A DNA stretch of 64,000 nucleotides from an uncultured Planctomycetales bacterium (GCA_964372915.1 CAYJRN010000005.1:11329-75328), one strand, 5' to 3'. Shown: positions 55,866 through 64,000, counted from the first letter of the stretch. Translations and numbers: made by a program. Notes: generated from the letters alone by a model not told the origin.

Positions 55866-56915
55866 TTAAAACTGTTGCAAAAATCTCACATCATTCTCAA
55901 AAAAAAGCCGGATATCGTTGATACCATATTTAAGCATCGCCAGGCGTTCAACGCCCATTCCAAAGGCCAGTCCGGTGTATTTTCCTTCAGGGTAGCCCAC
56001 GGCTTCAAAAACTTTCGGATGCACCATGCCGCAGCCCATGACCTCCAGCCAGCCTTTACGTCCGCAGACAGAACACCCCTTGCCGCTACAGATGTAACAG
56101 GAAATGTCCACATCCGCCGAGGGTTCGGTAAAAGGAAAATAATGCGGCCGCAGTCGCATGCGCACGTTTTCTCCAAAAAGTTTTTGGCAGAAAGCTTGCA
56201 AGAGCCCTTTAAGATCCGAGAATTTCACGTCCTTGTCCACCAAAAGACCTTCGATCTGATGGAACATAAAAGAGTGGCTGGCATCCACGGCGTCGGGACG
56301 ATACACCTTCCCCGGGATGACAACCGCCAGGGGCGGTTTGTACTTTTTCATCACATGAATCTGTCCCGGGGAGGTCTGGCTGCGCAAAAGAAGATAGCGG
56401 TCTTTTTGAGCGGGGTCTTTGAGATCGAGATAAAATGTATCGAAGGCGTCCCGCGCGGGGTGGTTGAGAGGAATATTCAGCGCGGTAAAATTGTTGAATT
56501 CTGTTTCGATCTCCGGTCCTTCCTGCACGACGAATCCCAGACGCTCGAAGATGGAGCAGGCTTCATCAATTGTTTGCGTCAGGATGTGACGATGCCCTAA
56601 TTCCGGCGCCACGCCGGGCATTGTGACATCGACTGCTGGGGCGGCCCCGCTAGAGGCGGGGCCGCCCAAAATTTTAGATTTCTTTTCGAGAAGCTGCGTG
56701 ACTAAATTTTTTAAATCATTGGCGCCTTTGCCAAGGGCGGGTTTCTCGTTGGGCGCGGCCGTCGACAGACTCGCGTAAATTTGAGAGATGAGTCCTTTAC
56801 GGCTCAAATATTTAAGGCGCAGCGCTTCGAGCGTTTGAAGATCACCGACGGCGGTAATTTCCTGTTCCGCCTGTTTGTGCAGCTCAACGAAATCCCAACT
56901 CATAGCCCCGCTCAC
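55866..56915 (-). CDS. pheS: phenylalanine-tRNA ligase alpha subunit
   Basis: 349 aa; class II motifs 1-3. Confidence 0.92.
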   Translation of the reverse strand: MSGAMSWDFVELHKQAEQEITAVGDLQTLEALRLKYLSRKGLISQIYASLSTAAPNEKPALGKGANDLKNLVTQLLEKKSKILGGPASSGAAPAVDVTMPGVAPELGHRHILTQTIDEACSIFERLGFVVQEGPEIETEFNNFTALNIPLNHPARDAFDTFYLDLKDPAQKDRYLLLRSQTSPGQIHVMKKYKPPLAVVIPGKVYRPDAVDASHSFMFHQIEGLLVDKDVKFSDLKGLLQAFCQKLFGENVRMRLRPHYFPFTEPSADVDISCYICSGKGCSVCGRKGWLEVMGCGMVHPKVFEAVGYPEGKYTGLAFGMGVERLAMLKYGINDIRLFFENDVRFLQQF

Positions 56916-57304
56916 CGCTCGGCCTGCGGCTTCGCCGTGAGGCGAGCGGAACTGAGGGCTTCCTGGGCGACTTTCACCAATTTCTTAAACGCGAGCGGAG
57001 AATTCACCGCGAGTTCGGCCAACAACTTGCGATTAATCGCGACCTTGGCGTCGGTGAGCCCTTTAATAAAACGGCTGTAGGAAATCCCTGATTCACGGCA
57101 GATAGCATTGATGCGAACCGTCCACAATCGACGGAATTCTCGTTTGCGCACCTTGCGGTCGCGGTACGCGTAGGTCATCGACTTCATCAAAGACCGGCGC
57201 GCCTGCTGATAGCGACGGCTTCTTTGTCCGAATTGACCTTTGGCCTTTTTTAACAGACGCTTCTTTCGGCGGTGCGTTGAAACGGAATGCTTGATTCTAA
57301 CCAT
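56912..57304 (-). CDS. rplT: 50S ribosomal protein L20
   Basis: [26 protein letters not shown]...; start chosen at MVRIK (ORF track has an 11-aa N-extension). Confidence 0.9.
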   Translation of the reverse strand: MVRIKHSVSTHRRKKRLLKKAKGQFGQRSRRYQQARRSLMKSMTYAYRDRKVRKREFRRLWTVRINAICRESGISYSRFIKGLTDAKVAINRKLLAELAVNSPLAFKKLVKVAQEALSSARLTAKPQAER

Positions 57305-57494
57305 AAGGCAACAACCTCCTGATCCTCTGTTCTTCATTCTTCGAAAGATACCCGGGGTGTCTTAAATGACGTTTGCGCTTGCGCGACTTCTTCCCCAAAA
57401 TGTGACCGCGACCGGCGTTGCGCTTTTTGATCTTCCCCTTCTTGGTAAAGCGAAAACGTTTGGCGGCCCCTTTATTCGTTTTTAGTTTCGGCAT
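57297..57494 (-). CDS. rpmI: 50S ribosomal protein L35
   Basis: 65 aa [24 protein letters not shown]. Confidence 0.92.
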   Translation of the reverse strand: MPKLKTNKGAAKRFRFTKKGKIKKRNAGRGHILGKKSRKRKRHLRHPGYLSKNEEQRIRRLLPYG

Positions 57495-57531
57495 TCTTTA
57501 AGTCCTTTCTTATCTCTTTATGACTTTTGCT

Positions 57532-57584
57532 CACCCGCGCCCTTACAACTATCTTCTCATTTAGAAAAAGGGCGCGAGGGCCGC
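57532..57584 (-). promoter_or_regulatory. bulged long helix in infC-rpmI spacer (candidate L20 autoregulatory operator)
   Basis: CACCCGCGCCCTT ...loop... AAGGGCGCGAGGG; about 12-bp stem with single-nt bulge. Confidence 0.35.
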
Positions 57585-57600
57585 TTACCACCACTTTCGT

Positions 57601-58212
57601 CTAGCTGGTGAGTTTAGTTGGAGCGGTGCCGGCAACCTGAACCGGAAATTCCTCTTGTTCCGACGAAGAATTTGAACTCCTGCCAACCTTTTTCTCGGAC
57701 TTTGGAGCCAGCACCACGTACATGACGCGCCCTTCAAGGGCCGGGGCCCCTTCGGCTGTCCCATGCTCGATCAAATCCTTGACAATCCTCTCCAAAACCC
57801 GGCGGCCTTGATCCTTAAACGACATTTCCCGGCCGCGGAAGAACATATTGACCTTAACCTTGTCCTTCTTTTCTAAGAACGCGATAGCCTGACGGATCTT
57901 CACTTGATAATCGTGCTCATCGATATGGGGCTTAAAACGGATCTGCTTTAAATGCGTGACTTTCTGGCTTTTCTTAACGCGCCGCTCTTTTTTCTCTTGA
58001 TCATATTTGTATTTGCTGAAATCCATGATGCGGCATACCGGGGGCTTGCTGTTGGGCGAAACCTCAACGAGATCAAGGCCGTTTTCCTCGGCCAATTCCA
58101 GCGCCCTTTTAATTGCGACAACGCCGAGCTGTTCGGAGTCGGGACCAATGACCCTCACTTCCGACGACCTAATTCGGTAATTGACTCTTATGTTCTTTTG
58201 AATATGAACCAC
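57601..58212 (-). CDS. infC: translation initiation factor IF-3
   Basis: IF3 N and C domains. AGGAGG lies 8 nt upstream of an in-frame AUU (58201-58203), so that is the likely start; the GUG at 58212 has no usable spacing. Confidence 0.88.
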   Translation of the reverse strand: MVHIQKNIRVNYRIRSSEVRVIGPDSEQLGVVAIKRALELAEENGLDLVEVSPNSKPPVCRIMDFSKYKYDQEKKERRVKKSQKVTHLKQIRFKPHIDEHDYQVKIRQAIAFLEKKDKVKVNMFFRGREMSFKDQGRRVLERIVKDLIEHGTAEGAPALEGRVMYVVLAPKSEKKVGRSSNSSSEQEEFPVQVAGTAPTKLTS

Positions 58213-58227
58213 CTCCTAAATGAGCAC

Positions 58228-58268
58228 ATAAGTTACGTCGTCCGCCTTGGGCGGACGACGTAACTTAT
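58228..58268. promoter_or_regulatory. 19-bp perfect stem with 3-nt loop, 16 nt upstream of infC
   Basis: ATAAGTTACGTCGTCCGCC ttg GGCGGACGACGTAACTTAT. Confidence 0.6.
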
Positions 58269-58284
58269 AAGTGCGAATTTACCC
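58259..58284 (+). repeat. REP-like element copy 4 (5' half only: CGTAACTTATAAGTGCGAATTTACCC)
   Basis: Shares GTGCGAATTTACCC with copies 1 and 5. Confidence 0.55.
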
Positions 58285-58341
58285 AGCACTTATTTTGGCT
58301 TGTATGTTGTGTCGCAAAATAAGTGCTGGATTACCATAAAA

Positions 58342-60081
58342 TTACTTCTTCAAATCGATTTCCTCTTTAATATGCGCGATAAAATCTTTTAAAGGCACGA
58401 CCCCTTGATCGGCCCCTCTTCGGCGGACGGCCACGGTATTCTGGGACGCTTCTTTCTCTCCGAGGATAAGCAGATAGGGGATTTTATTAACGGTCCCTTC
58501 GCGGATCCGCTTGTTTAAGGTGTCGTTGGTGCTGTCCATTATAACTCTCACCCCCGTCGATTGTAAACTTCCTTTTACCGTTTCGGCGTATTTGAGGTGT
58601 TCGGCTCTAAGGGGAATGAGTAAGACCTGGTTAGGCGCCAGCCACGTCGGGAAAGCGCCGCCATAATGTTCGATGAGCGTTCCAATAAAACGTTCCACGC
58701 TCCCCAAAATGGCCCGATGCAGCATGATGGGGCGAACGGCCCGGCCGTTGTCATCCACATAGCTGAGATCAAACCGCTCCGGGAGAAAAAAGTCGCACTG
58801 GATCGTCCCGCACTGCCACTGACGACCGATGGCGTCTTTGAGTTTAATGTCAATCTTGGGGCCGTAAAATGCGCCCTCGCCGGCATTGATTTGAAACGTG
58901 AGATTTTTTTCCTTCAAAGATTCTTCCAGGGCCTTGGTCGCCGCGTCCCAGTCCGCCGGTTTGCCGATAAATTTTTCCGGCTGCGTGCTGAGTTCAATCG
59001 AAATATTTTCAAACCCGAAATCGCGCATCATATCAAAAACAAAATCCATGACCGCTTTCACCTCCGATTTGACCTGATCCGGACGGCAAAAAATATGGGC
59101 ATCGTCCTGGGTAAACCCGCGCACGCGCAATAACCCATGCAAGACACCCGTCTTTTCCTGACGGTAAACCGTTCCTAATTCAAAAAACCGCGTGGGCAAA
59201 TCACGATACGAACGTATTTTCGATTTGAAAATAAGCATATGCCCCGGACAGTTCATGGGCTTGACGGCATAATCCTCGTCGTCAACTTTAAAGTAATACA
59301 TATTGTCGCGATAATACTGCGCGTGGCCGCTCAAGTCCCAAAGCTTGCCTTTAAGCATGTGCGGCGTTATCACGAATTGGTAACCGCGCTTTAAGTGCTC
59401 GGCGCGGACATAATCTTCGATTGTTTTGCGCAGCATGGCGCCATTGGGATGATAAAAGACGAGTCCCGCCCCGGCGGTTTCGTGATAAATGTTAAAAAGC
59501 TCCAACTGGGGCCCCAGCTTGCGATGATCGCGCTTCTGCGCTTCTTCGAGTCTATGCAAATGTTCGTCGAGCTCCTTCTGCGAAAAAAAGGCCGTGCCGT
59601 AAATCCTTTGCAGCATCGGATTCTTTTCATTGCCGCGCCAATAGGCGCCGGCAACGGAAAGAAGCTTGAAGGCCTTGATCTCTCCCGCGTGATCCACGTG
59701 CGGCCCTTTACAGAGATCGAGCCATTCGTCGCCGGTCTTAAAAATGGAGACTTTCTCATCGGGAATGCCATTAATGAGTTCGACCTTGTAATCTTCTTTC
59801 ATCTTGGTGAACATCGCGATGGCTTCGTTTCTGGGCATGAAGCTCTGACGAAAGGCAGGCTTGCGTTCGATGATCCGGCGCATGGTCTTTTCGATTTTCG
59901 CTAAATCCTGGTCGGTAAAAGGCTCCTTCCTATCGAAATCATAGTAGAAGCCGTTATCAATGGCGGGGCCGATCGTCACCTTGACCTCAGGCCATAATTC
60001 TTTGACGGCCTGGGCCATGACGTGGGAACAACTGTGGCGTAATTTGTCTAAATCAGTTTTGTATTGCATAAATGAGCACAC
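58342..60081 (-). CDS. thrS: threonine-tRNA ligase (N-terminally short form)
   Basis: 579 aa; second additional domain (HxxxH/CxxxH), class II core, anticodon-binding domain; GTG at 60081 or ATG at 60069. Confidence 0.9.
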   Translation of the reverse strand: MCSFMQYKTDLDKLRHSCSHVMAQAVKELWPEVKVTIGPAIDNGFYYDFDRKEPFTDQDLAKIEKTMRRIIERKPAFRQSFMPRNEAIAMFTKMKEDYKVELINGIPDEKVSIFKTGDEWLDLCKGPHVDHAGEIKAFKLLSVAGAYWRGNEKNPMLQRIYGTAFFSQKELDEHLHRLEEAQKRDHRKLGPQLELFNIYHETAGAGLVFYHPNGAMLRKTIEDYVRAEHLKRGYQFVITPHMLKGKLWDLSGHAQYYRDNMYYFKVDDEDYAVKPMNCPGHMLIFKSKIRSYRDLPTRFFELGTVYRQEKTGVLHGLLRVRGFTQDDAHIFCRPDQVKSEVKAVMDFVFDMMRDFGFENISIELSTQPEKFIGKPADWDAATKALEESLKEKNLTFQINAGEGAFYGPKIDIKLKDAIGRQWQCGTIQCDFFLPERFDLSYVDDNGRAVRPIMLHRAILGSVERFIGTLIEHYGGAFPTWLAPNQVLLIPLRAEHLKYAETVKGSLQSTGVRVIMDSTNDTLNKRIREGTVNKIPYLLILGEKEASQNTVAVRRRGADQGVVPLKDFIAHIKEEIDLKK

Positions 60082-60104
60082 ACCCCGTTGTTTAACAAGC
60101 GGGT

Positions 60105-60123
60105 GTAAGTGCGAATTTACCCC
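60105..60123 (+). repeat. REP-like element copy 5 (GTAAGTGCGAATTTACCCC), followed by CCCCGAAGGGG hairpin at 60153-60165
   Basis: Sequence identity to copies 1 and 4. Confidence 0.55.
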
Positions 60124-60192
60124 AAAGCTGCGACGAGCAGGCGCGCATGCCGTCCCCGAAGGGGAAGCAGCGTGGGGTCATTAATCTGGTGT

Positions 60193-60241
60193 TCTACTCC
60201 GCTCAAATGTTCGACCTTCTGTCGCGTTTGAGCTTCGTAGA
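60193..60241 (-). repeat. structured repeat R1 (two-tier hairpin) in thrS upstream region
   Basis: CTACTCCGCTCAAATGTTCGACCTTCTGTCGCGTTTGAGCTTCGTAGAA is about 80% identical to R2 at 60647-60697; inner stem GCTCAAA/TTTGAGC. Confidence 0.6.
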
Positions 60242-60395
60242 AACATTCTGCTTCGCAAGCATTCATGGCCTGTTTCTGCGAAGCTCAAGGCGTCCTTGTT
60301 TTCCTCTATGTCATTAAAGATGAAACAAGGACATGCCCCCACTTTCTCTAAAGAATTAAGGTAAGTTGGGGCGCAAGCACTTGAGCGAAGCAGAA

Positions 60396-60469
60396 TGGAC
60401 CCGACAGGACTCGAACCTGTGGCCTTCACGATGTCAACGTGACACTCTAACCAACTGAGCTACGGGTCC
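60396..60469 (-). tRNA. tRNA-Val (anticodon GAC)
   Basis: GGACCCGTAGCTCAGTTGGTTAGAGT...TTGACAT...GGTTCGAGTCC cloverleaf; CCA not encoded. Confidence 0.85.
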
Positions 60470-60557
60470 TTGTTGTCTTCCATGTTTTATAAACCAGGCG
60501 AAGCTAAACGTGAAAACATTTTGATTTTAACGGAGCCTCAAGCATTTGAACGAAGCC

Positions 60558-60646
60558 TGGTGCCGGGAGAGGGAATCGAACCCTCACATCCTTACGGACG
60601 CAGGATTTTAAGTCCTGTGCGTATGCCAATTCCGCCATCCCGGCTC
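60558..60646 (-). tRNA. tRNA-Leu (anticodon UAA), long variable arm
   Basis: GAGCCGGGATGGCGGAATTGG..., anticodon loop CTTAAAA, extended variable arm, CCA encoded. Confidence 0.85.
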
Positions 60647-60697
60647 TACTACGTTCAAATGTTTCGTTTCACTTCACGTTTGAACTTCGTAGAAGCT
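60647..60697 (-). repeat. structured repeat R2 abutting the 5' end of tRNA-Leu
   Basis: Inner stem GTTCAAA/TTTGAAC differs from R1 by two compensatory changes; outer CTAC/GTAG stem conserved. Confidence 0.6.
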
Positions 60698-60747
60698 TGA
60701 AAGTTCCTCCAAAGCTCTCACTTGCCCTGGCCTTTAAATCTCAATTA

Positions 60748-60819
60748 AGGCGGCAATCGGAATCGAACCGATGAATAGCGGTTTTGCAGACCGCTGCCTT
60801 ACCACTTGGCTATGCCGCC
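60748..60819 (-). tRNA. tRNA-Cys (anticodon GCA)
   Basis: GGCGGCATAGCCAAGTGGTAAGGC..., anticodon loop CTGCAAA, U73 discriminator. Confidence 0.85.
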
Positions 60820-60832
60820 GATATTTCAAAAA

Positions 60833-61381
60833 CTACTTTGCCAAACGGACAACCGCATCCACGATATCTTCCACGTCCGCCAAGTGTCCATCTCCGACGA
60901 CACCGCAGGCGAGCTTCCCCTTCACGGGATTGACCAAATGAAATCCGTTCTCTTTAAGCTTTTTGCAATTGGCCTGAACGATTGTGTTGTTGAACATCTC
61001 ATCATTCATCGCTGGCGCCACCACAATGGGGGCGTTCGTGGCCAATGCCGTGCAGGTTAAAAGATCATCCGCGAGTCCACAGGAAAGTTTTCCGATCACA
61101 TTCGCCGTCGCCGGCGCGATCAAAAAAACATCCGCTTCCCGGGCCAGAGCAATGTGGCTCATCACCCAAGCGTCATTGTTCTCATCAAACATGTCGGAAT
61201 AAACTTTTTCTCCGGTGAGCGCTGCTAAGGTCAGAGACGTGATGAACTTCTCGGCTTCTTTGGTCATAATGACCGAAACGCGGCAACCTTGATCCTGTAA
61301 GCGCCGGATAATGTCCCCGGCTTTATAGGCGGCAATACTGCCGGTTACACCCAAAACAATTCTTTTAGGCTTGGGCGACAC
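60833..61381 (-). CDS. coaC: phosphopantothenoylcysteine decarboxylase (flavoprotein, stand-alone CoaC)
   Basis: 182 aa; flavoprotein fold VLGVTGSIAAYKA, PAMN motif. Confidence 0.85.
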   Translation of the reverse strand: MSPKPKRIVLGVTGSIAAYKAGDIIRRLQDQGCRVSVIMTKEAEKFITSLTLAALTGEKVYSDMFDENNDAWVMSHIALAREADVFLIAPATANVIGKLSCGLADDLLTCTALATNAPIVVAPAMNDEMFNNTIVQANCKKLKENGFHLVNPVKGKLACGVVGDGHLADVEDIVDAVVRLAK

Positions 61382-61631
61382 TTTCTTCTTTCTCTTCGCT
61401 CTGGGCGGCTTTGGGAGGGGCCTTAAAATCTTTCGAAACCTCTCTGAGCATCACCTTGCCCGCCGCTATTTCTTCAAGCGCAATTGTTGCTGTTTTGGTA
61501 GAAGCAGGAATATCAATAAGTCTTGGCATATTATCGGCCAGTTCCAGGGCTCTTTTGGAAGCCATGGCAACCAAGCGGTAAATGCTCCCGCCGGATCTAG
61601 GTAAAAGTTTTTCTAAAGGTACGTTTCCCAT
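61365..61631 (-). CDS. rpoZ: DNA-directed RNA polymerase subunit omega
   Basis: 88 aa; SIYRLVAMASKRALEL. Confidence 0.88.
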   Translation of the reverse strand: MGNVPLEKLLPRSGGSIYRLVAMASKRALELADNMPRLIDIPASTKTATIALEEIAAGKVMLREVSKDFKAPPKAAQSEEKEESVAQA

Positions 61632-61718
61632 CTGAACCTCCTTTAAGTGATTCTGGATTCTCTAAATATTATTATTTAATCTAAAAAGGTGTCTATTGTA
61701 TCCCGAAAGAGAGCTTTT

Positions 61719-61747
61719 TATATAACATATCGTCTTCAACTTGTCAA
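61719..61747 (-). promoter_or_regulatory. consensus sigma70 promoter TTGACA-N17-TATATA upstream of rpoZ
   Basis: -35 complement 61742-61747, -10 complement 61719-61724, about 80-nt leader. Confidence 0.55.
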
Positions 61748-61786
61748 CCCTGAGCGAAGTCGAAGGGTCAACCCCTTCGACGAAGC

Positions 61787-62368
61787 CTAAACAGTCGTTA
61801 ATTCCTTGAGCACAATGGATTCCAGCTCTTTAATCGCCTGCTTAAAATCCGCATTGACAACAATATAGTTGTAATTCCTGGCTTCTTTCATCTCCTGGCG
61901 CGCCGTCTTAAGCCGCAGTTCCAGAGCTCGCGAGTTTTCTGTTCCACGGGCCATAAGACGTTTTTTAAGCATGGCCCAGGAAGGGGCCCGGATAAATACG
62001 CGCAAAGCCTCGGGATACTTACGGGCCACAACCTTGGCGCCCTTCACCTCAATACACAGCAGCACATTTTTACCTGTCTTTAATAACTTCTTCACATACT
62101 GTTCCGGCGTGCCGTAATATCGATCAAAAACCTTCTGCCATTCCAAGAAGTAACCTTTTTTCCGACGAGCCAAAAATCGTTCCCGCGTTAAAAAAAAATA
62201 ATCCCGGCCGGGCTTTTCCCCGGCGCGCGGCCTTCGCGTGGTCGCCGAAATCGACTTGACCAATATGTTTTTGAGTTTCCTGCTTAAGAGCAGTTTTTTA
62301 TGGAGGGTGGTTTTACCGGATCCGGAAGGTCCGGAGATAATAACGATTCTGCCTCTTTTCATATTCAA
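61787..62368 (-). CDS. gmk: guanylate kinase
   Basis: 193 aa; P-loop GPSGSGKTT, GMP-binding motifs. Confidence 0.92.
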   Translation of the reverse strand: MNMKRGRIVIISGPSGSGKTTLHKKLLLSRKLKNILVKSISATTRRPRAGEKPGRDYFFLTRERFLARRKKGYFLEWQKVFDRYYGTPEQYVKKLLKTGKNVLLCIEVKGAKVVARKYPEALRVFIRAPSWAMLKKRLMARGTENSRALELRLKTARQEMKEARNYNYIVVNADFKQAIKELESIVLKELTTV

Positions 62369-62390
62369 TCCAGTGTGGTCAAGAGGTCAT

Positions 62391-63218
62391 CTATTCGATG
62401 TTTTGGGAGAGCTCGCGGATTTTTTCAATCTTGCTCTTAAGGGCAATGACCGCGTTGATGACGATTCTGTCCTGCAGTTTTGAACCGATGGTATTGGTTT
62501 CGCGTTGCATTTCTTGGGCAATGAAATCCAGTTTTTTCCCGACGGCCGGATCCGCCTTTAAAAGCTGTTTAAGCTCCTCGATATAATGAGCTAATCGGGC
62601 AATTTCCTCGTTCACATCATTGCTTTTCTGCAGAGCCGAGAATTCCTCGCGGGAAAGAACCTTCTTTTTTTCCTTGAGGATCACTTGAGCTCTCTTTTGG
62701 ATCTCTCGACTTTGCGACAGCATTTGCTTGAGTAAGTCGTGGATTTCTTTGGCCAGGCTTTTGCCCTCCCGAAGACGCATGGTCATCAAACCCTTGACGG
62801 AGGTCTTGAGACATTTCTCGATCGAAGACCACAGTGCCTCGACATCCAAACTCGTCTCTTTAATTTCCATCACCCCGGGTAGGCGAATCAATTCACTCAA
62901 AGACAGATCATCTTTTAAATGGAATTCTTTCTTAAGAATATCGGCATATTTAAAATACGTTTTCACGATTTCTTTGCTGAACTGGACCGTTTGGGTCGGC
63001 TTATCCATAATTTTTAAGGAAACCGTGATCCGTCCGCGCTCCATGGACTTATGGATCAGGGCCCGGATCTTGTCCTCGAGCGAAGAAAATCCCCCGGGGA
63101 GATAACACACCACGTCGAGATAACGATGGTTTACGCTCTTAATCTCCACAATACCCTTAAATTTTTCCTCATGAAGCTGGGCGGTCCCAAAACCCGTCAT
63201 GCCTTTAATCATGCCCAC
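62391..63218 (-). CDS. yicC: YicC family stress-induced protein
   Basis: 275 aa; N-terminal YicC-like and C-terminal DUF1732 regions. Confidence 0.85.
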   Translation of the reverse strand: MGMIKGMTGFGTAQLHEEKFKGIVEIKSVNHRYLDVVCYLPGGFSSLEDKIRALIHKSMERGRITVSLKIMDKPTQTVQFSKEIVKTYFKYADILKKEFHLKDDLSLSELIRLPGVMEIKETSLDVEALWSSIEKCLKTSVKGLMTMRLREGKSLAKEIHDLLKQMLSQSREIQKRAQVILKEKKKVLSREEFSALQKSNDVNEEIARLAHYIEELKQLLKADPAVGKKLDFIAQEMQRETNTIGSKLQDRIVINAVIALKSKIEKIRELSQNIE

Positions 63219-63712
63219 ACCTGCCTTTTTTCTTTCATCGCCATGATGATCTTAGTCCGGAATAATCTCCTGGTCAGATCTTCGGGCTTAAACCAAAGTT
63301 TAATTTCACGTTCCGCCTCTTTTCGATTTGAAGAGACATGGAGCAAATTTTCATAAATTCCTTTCGTCGTGATCCGTCCGCAAGAACCCCGAATGCTGCC
63401 GGGGTCAGCCGCTTCCGGATTCGTGGCCCCGGCGAGATCCCGGCATCTTTGAATGGCATTCGTTCCATAATAAACCAACGCCAGGGAACTGCTGCCGCGA
63501 TGAAGACGCCCGCATAAATAACGAATGATTTCCTCAAAGAAAAATTTCTTGCGGTGAGGTTTGTAGTGTTCCTCGGCGAGGGCTCGATCGACCTTCACCA
63601 GTTTGACCGCCGCCAACTGCAATTTGGTCTCCGCCAATCGCGTCAATAAGTATCCCATCAAGGACTTGGAGACACCGTCGGGTTTAATAATAACGAGGGC
63701 GGCTTCTTTCAT
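63209..63712 (-). CDS. ndk: nucleoside diphosphate kinase
   Basis: ALVIIKPDG, YxxHxxKxFF, GATNPxxAxPGSIRG motifs; C-terminal extension. Confidence 0.85.
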   Translation of the reverse strand: MKEAALVIIKPDGVSKSLMGYLLTRLAETKLQLAAVKLVKVDRALAEEHYKPHRKKFFFEEIIRYLCGRLHRGSSSLALVYYGTNAIQRCRDLAGATNPEAADPGSIRGSCGRITTKGIYENLLHVSSNRKEAEREIKLWFKPEDLTRRLFRTKIIMAMKEKRQVWA

Positions 63713-64000
63713 TTCTTTATGATGTCAACAATGCGTTCTAAATCTTCGTTCGAATAATATTCGATGACAATCTTCCCGCGCTTTTTTTGCGCCGCGATTC
63801 GCACTTTGCTCCCCAAAATTCTTTGTAAATCTTCTTCCACAAAGGAAAGATAGTTATCTTTGCTGACCGCTTTGGTTTTTCCCCGATAAACGGAACCCTT
63901 GATTCCGGTTTTCAGCAAATTTTCAAGAGCGCGAACGGATAAATTTTTTTTGATGATCTGTTCGAAGAACCGCTTCTGCTCCTGCGGGTTTTCTACCGCC
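63709..64000 (-). CDS. parB: ParB/Spo0J family protein, C-terminal part (5' end beyond the window)
   Basis: Reading frame is open to the window edge; ...LSVRALENLL... and C-terminal GKIVIEYYSNEDLERIVDII typical of ParB dimerisation domain. Confidence 0.6.
   Translation of the reverse strand, partial: AVENPQEQKRFFEQIIKKNLSVRALENLLKTGIKGSVYRGKTKAVSKDNYLSFVEEDLQRILGSKVRIAAQKKRGKIVIEYYSNEDLERIVDIIKK

Noticed and set aside
60082-60395. T-box riboswitch upstream of thrS
   Set aside because: No T-box core (AGGGUGGNACCGCG-like) or specifier-loop architecture found on the transcribed strand.

Overview
This 64 kb bacterial window has about 58 genes plus four tRNAs, and every confident gene is on the minus strand; the plus-strand ORFs in the track read as antisense artefacts. 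The content is dominated by nitrogen metabolism, with four glutamine-dependent amidotransferases next to the glutamine-synthetase cluster.

Main blocks, in coordinate order:
- 72-24908: purF, carB-carA, glpD-glpK, gltD, an accessory islet, gltB, nadE, a membrane protein, glnN (GS type III), glnA (GS type I), glnK (P-II) and amtB.
- 25415-27297: an NhaD/ArsB-type permease and a MOSC protein.
- 27525-37208: a nitrate-assimilation operon — nasA/narB-like cytoplasmic nitrate reductase, a fused 4Fe-4S/membrane-anchor protein, narK, nirD, nirB — preceded by a leader with an intrinsic terminator and a GAF-GAF-ANTAR RNA-binding regulator.
- 37210-41613: that regulator is co-transcribed with thiolase, a DRTGG (Pta N-domain-like) protein and sucCD.
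- 41709-46410: dipZ-like thiol-disulfide protein and modA-mop-modB-modC; the modB-modC spacer is filled by a 244-bp MITE-like nested palindrome.
- 46431-64000: housekeeping — gltX followed by tRNA-Gln, PilZ-ymdB-rny, 5-formyl-THF cyclo-ligase, rarA, pheST, rplT-rpmI-infC-thrS, tRNA-Cys/Leu/Val, coaC, rpoZ, gmk, yicC, ndk and a partial parB.

The most unusual locus is an AT-richer accessory islet (10677-12332) wedged inside the normally contiguous gltB-gltD operon. It carries a DUF4258-like gene, two tandem DUF2283 genes, an 86-aa tail-anchored protein, an MntA-type nucleotidyltransferase and a truncated HepT. The mntA/hepT cassette is bracketed by a near-perfect 23-bp direct repeat that reproduces the first codons of gltD, which reads as an insertion footprint.

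Other signals worth a second look:
- A small REP-like hairpin family (core CGAATTACCCCCGAAGGGGG) at five intergenic sites.
- An (A)TGTCACA heptamer array with an inverted pair upstream of the gltB promoter.
- A structured purF leader with repeated GCGAAGGCGGAC words.
- An infC gene positioned to use an AUU start codon.
- A duplicated hairpin element near the tRNA cluster whose stem shows compensatory base changes between copies.

Everything here is read from sequence without database searches. Family assignments rest on recognisable motifs, and coordinates of RNA elements are +/- a few nt.
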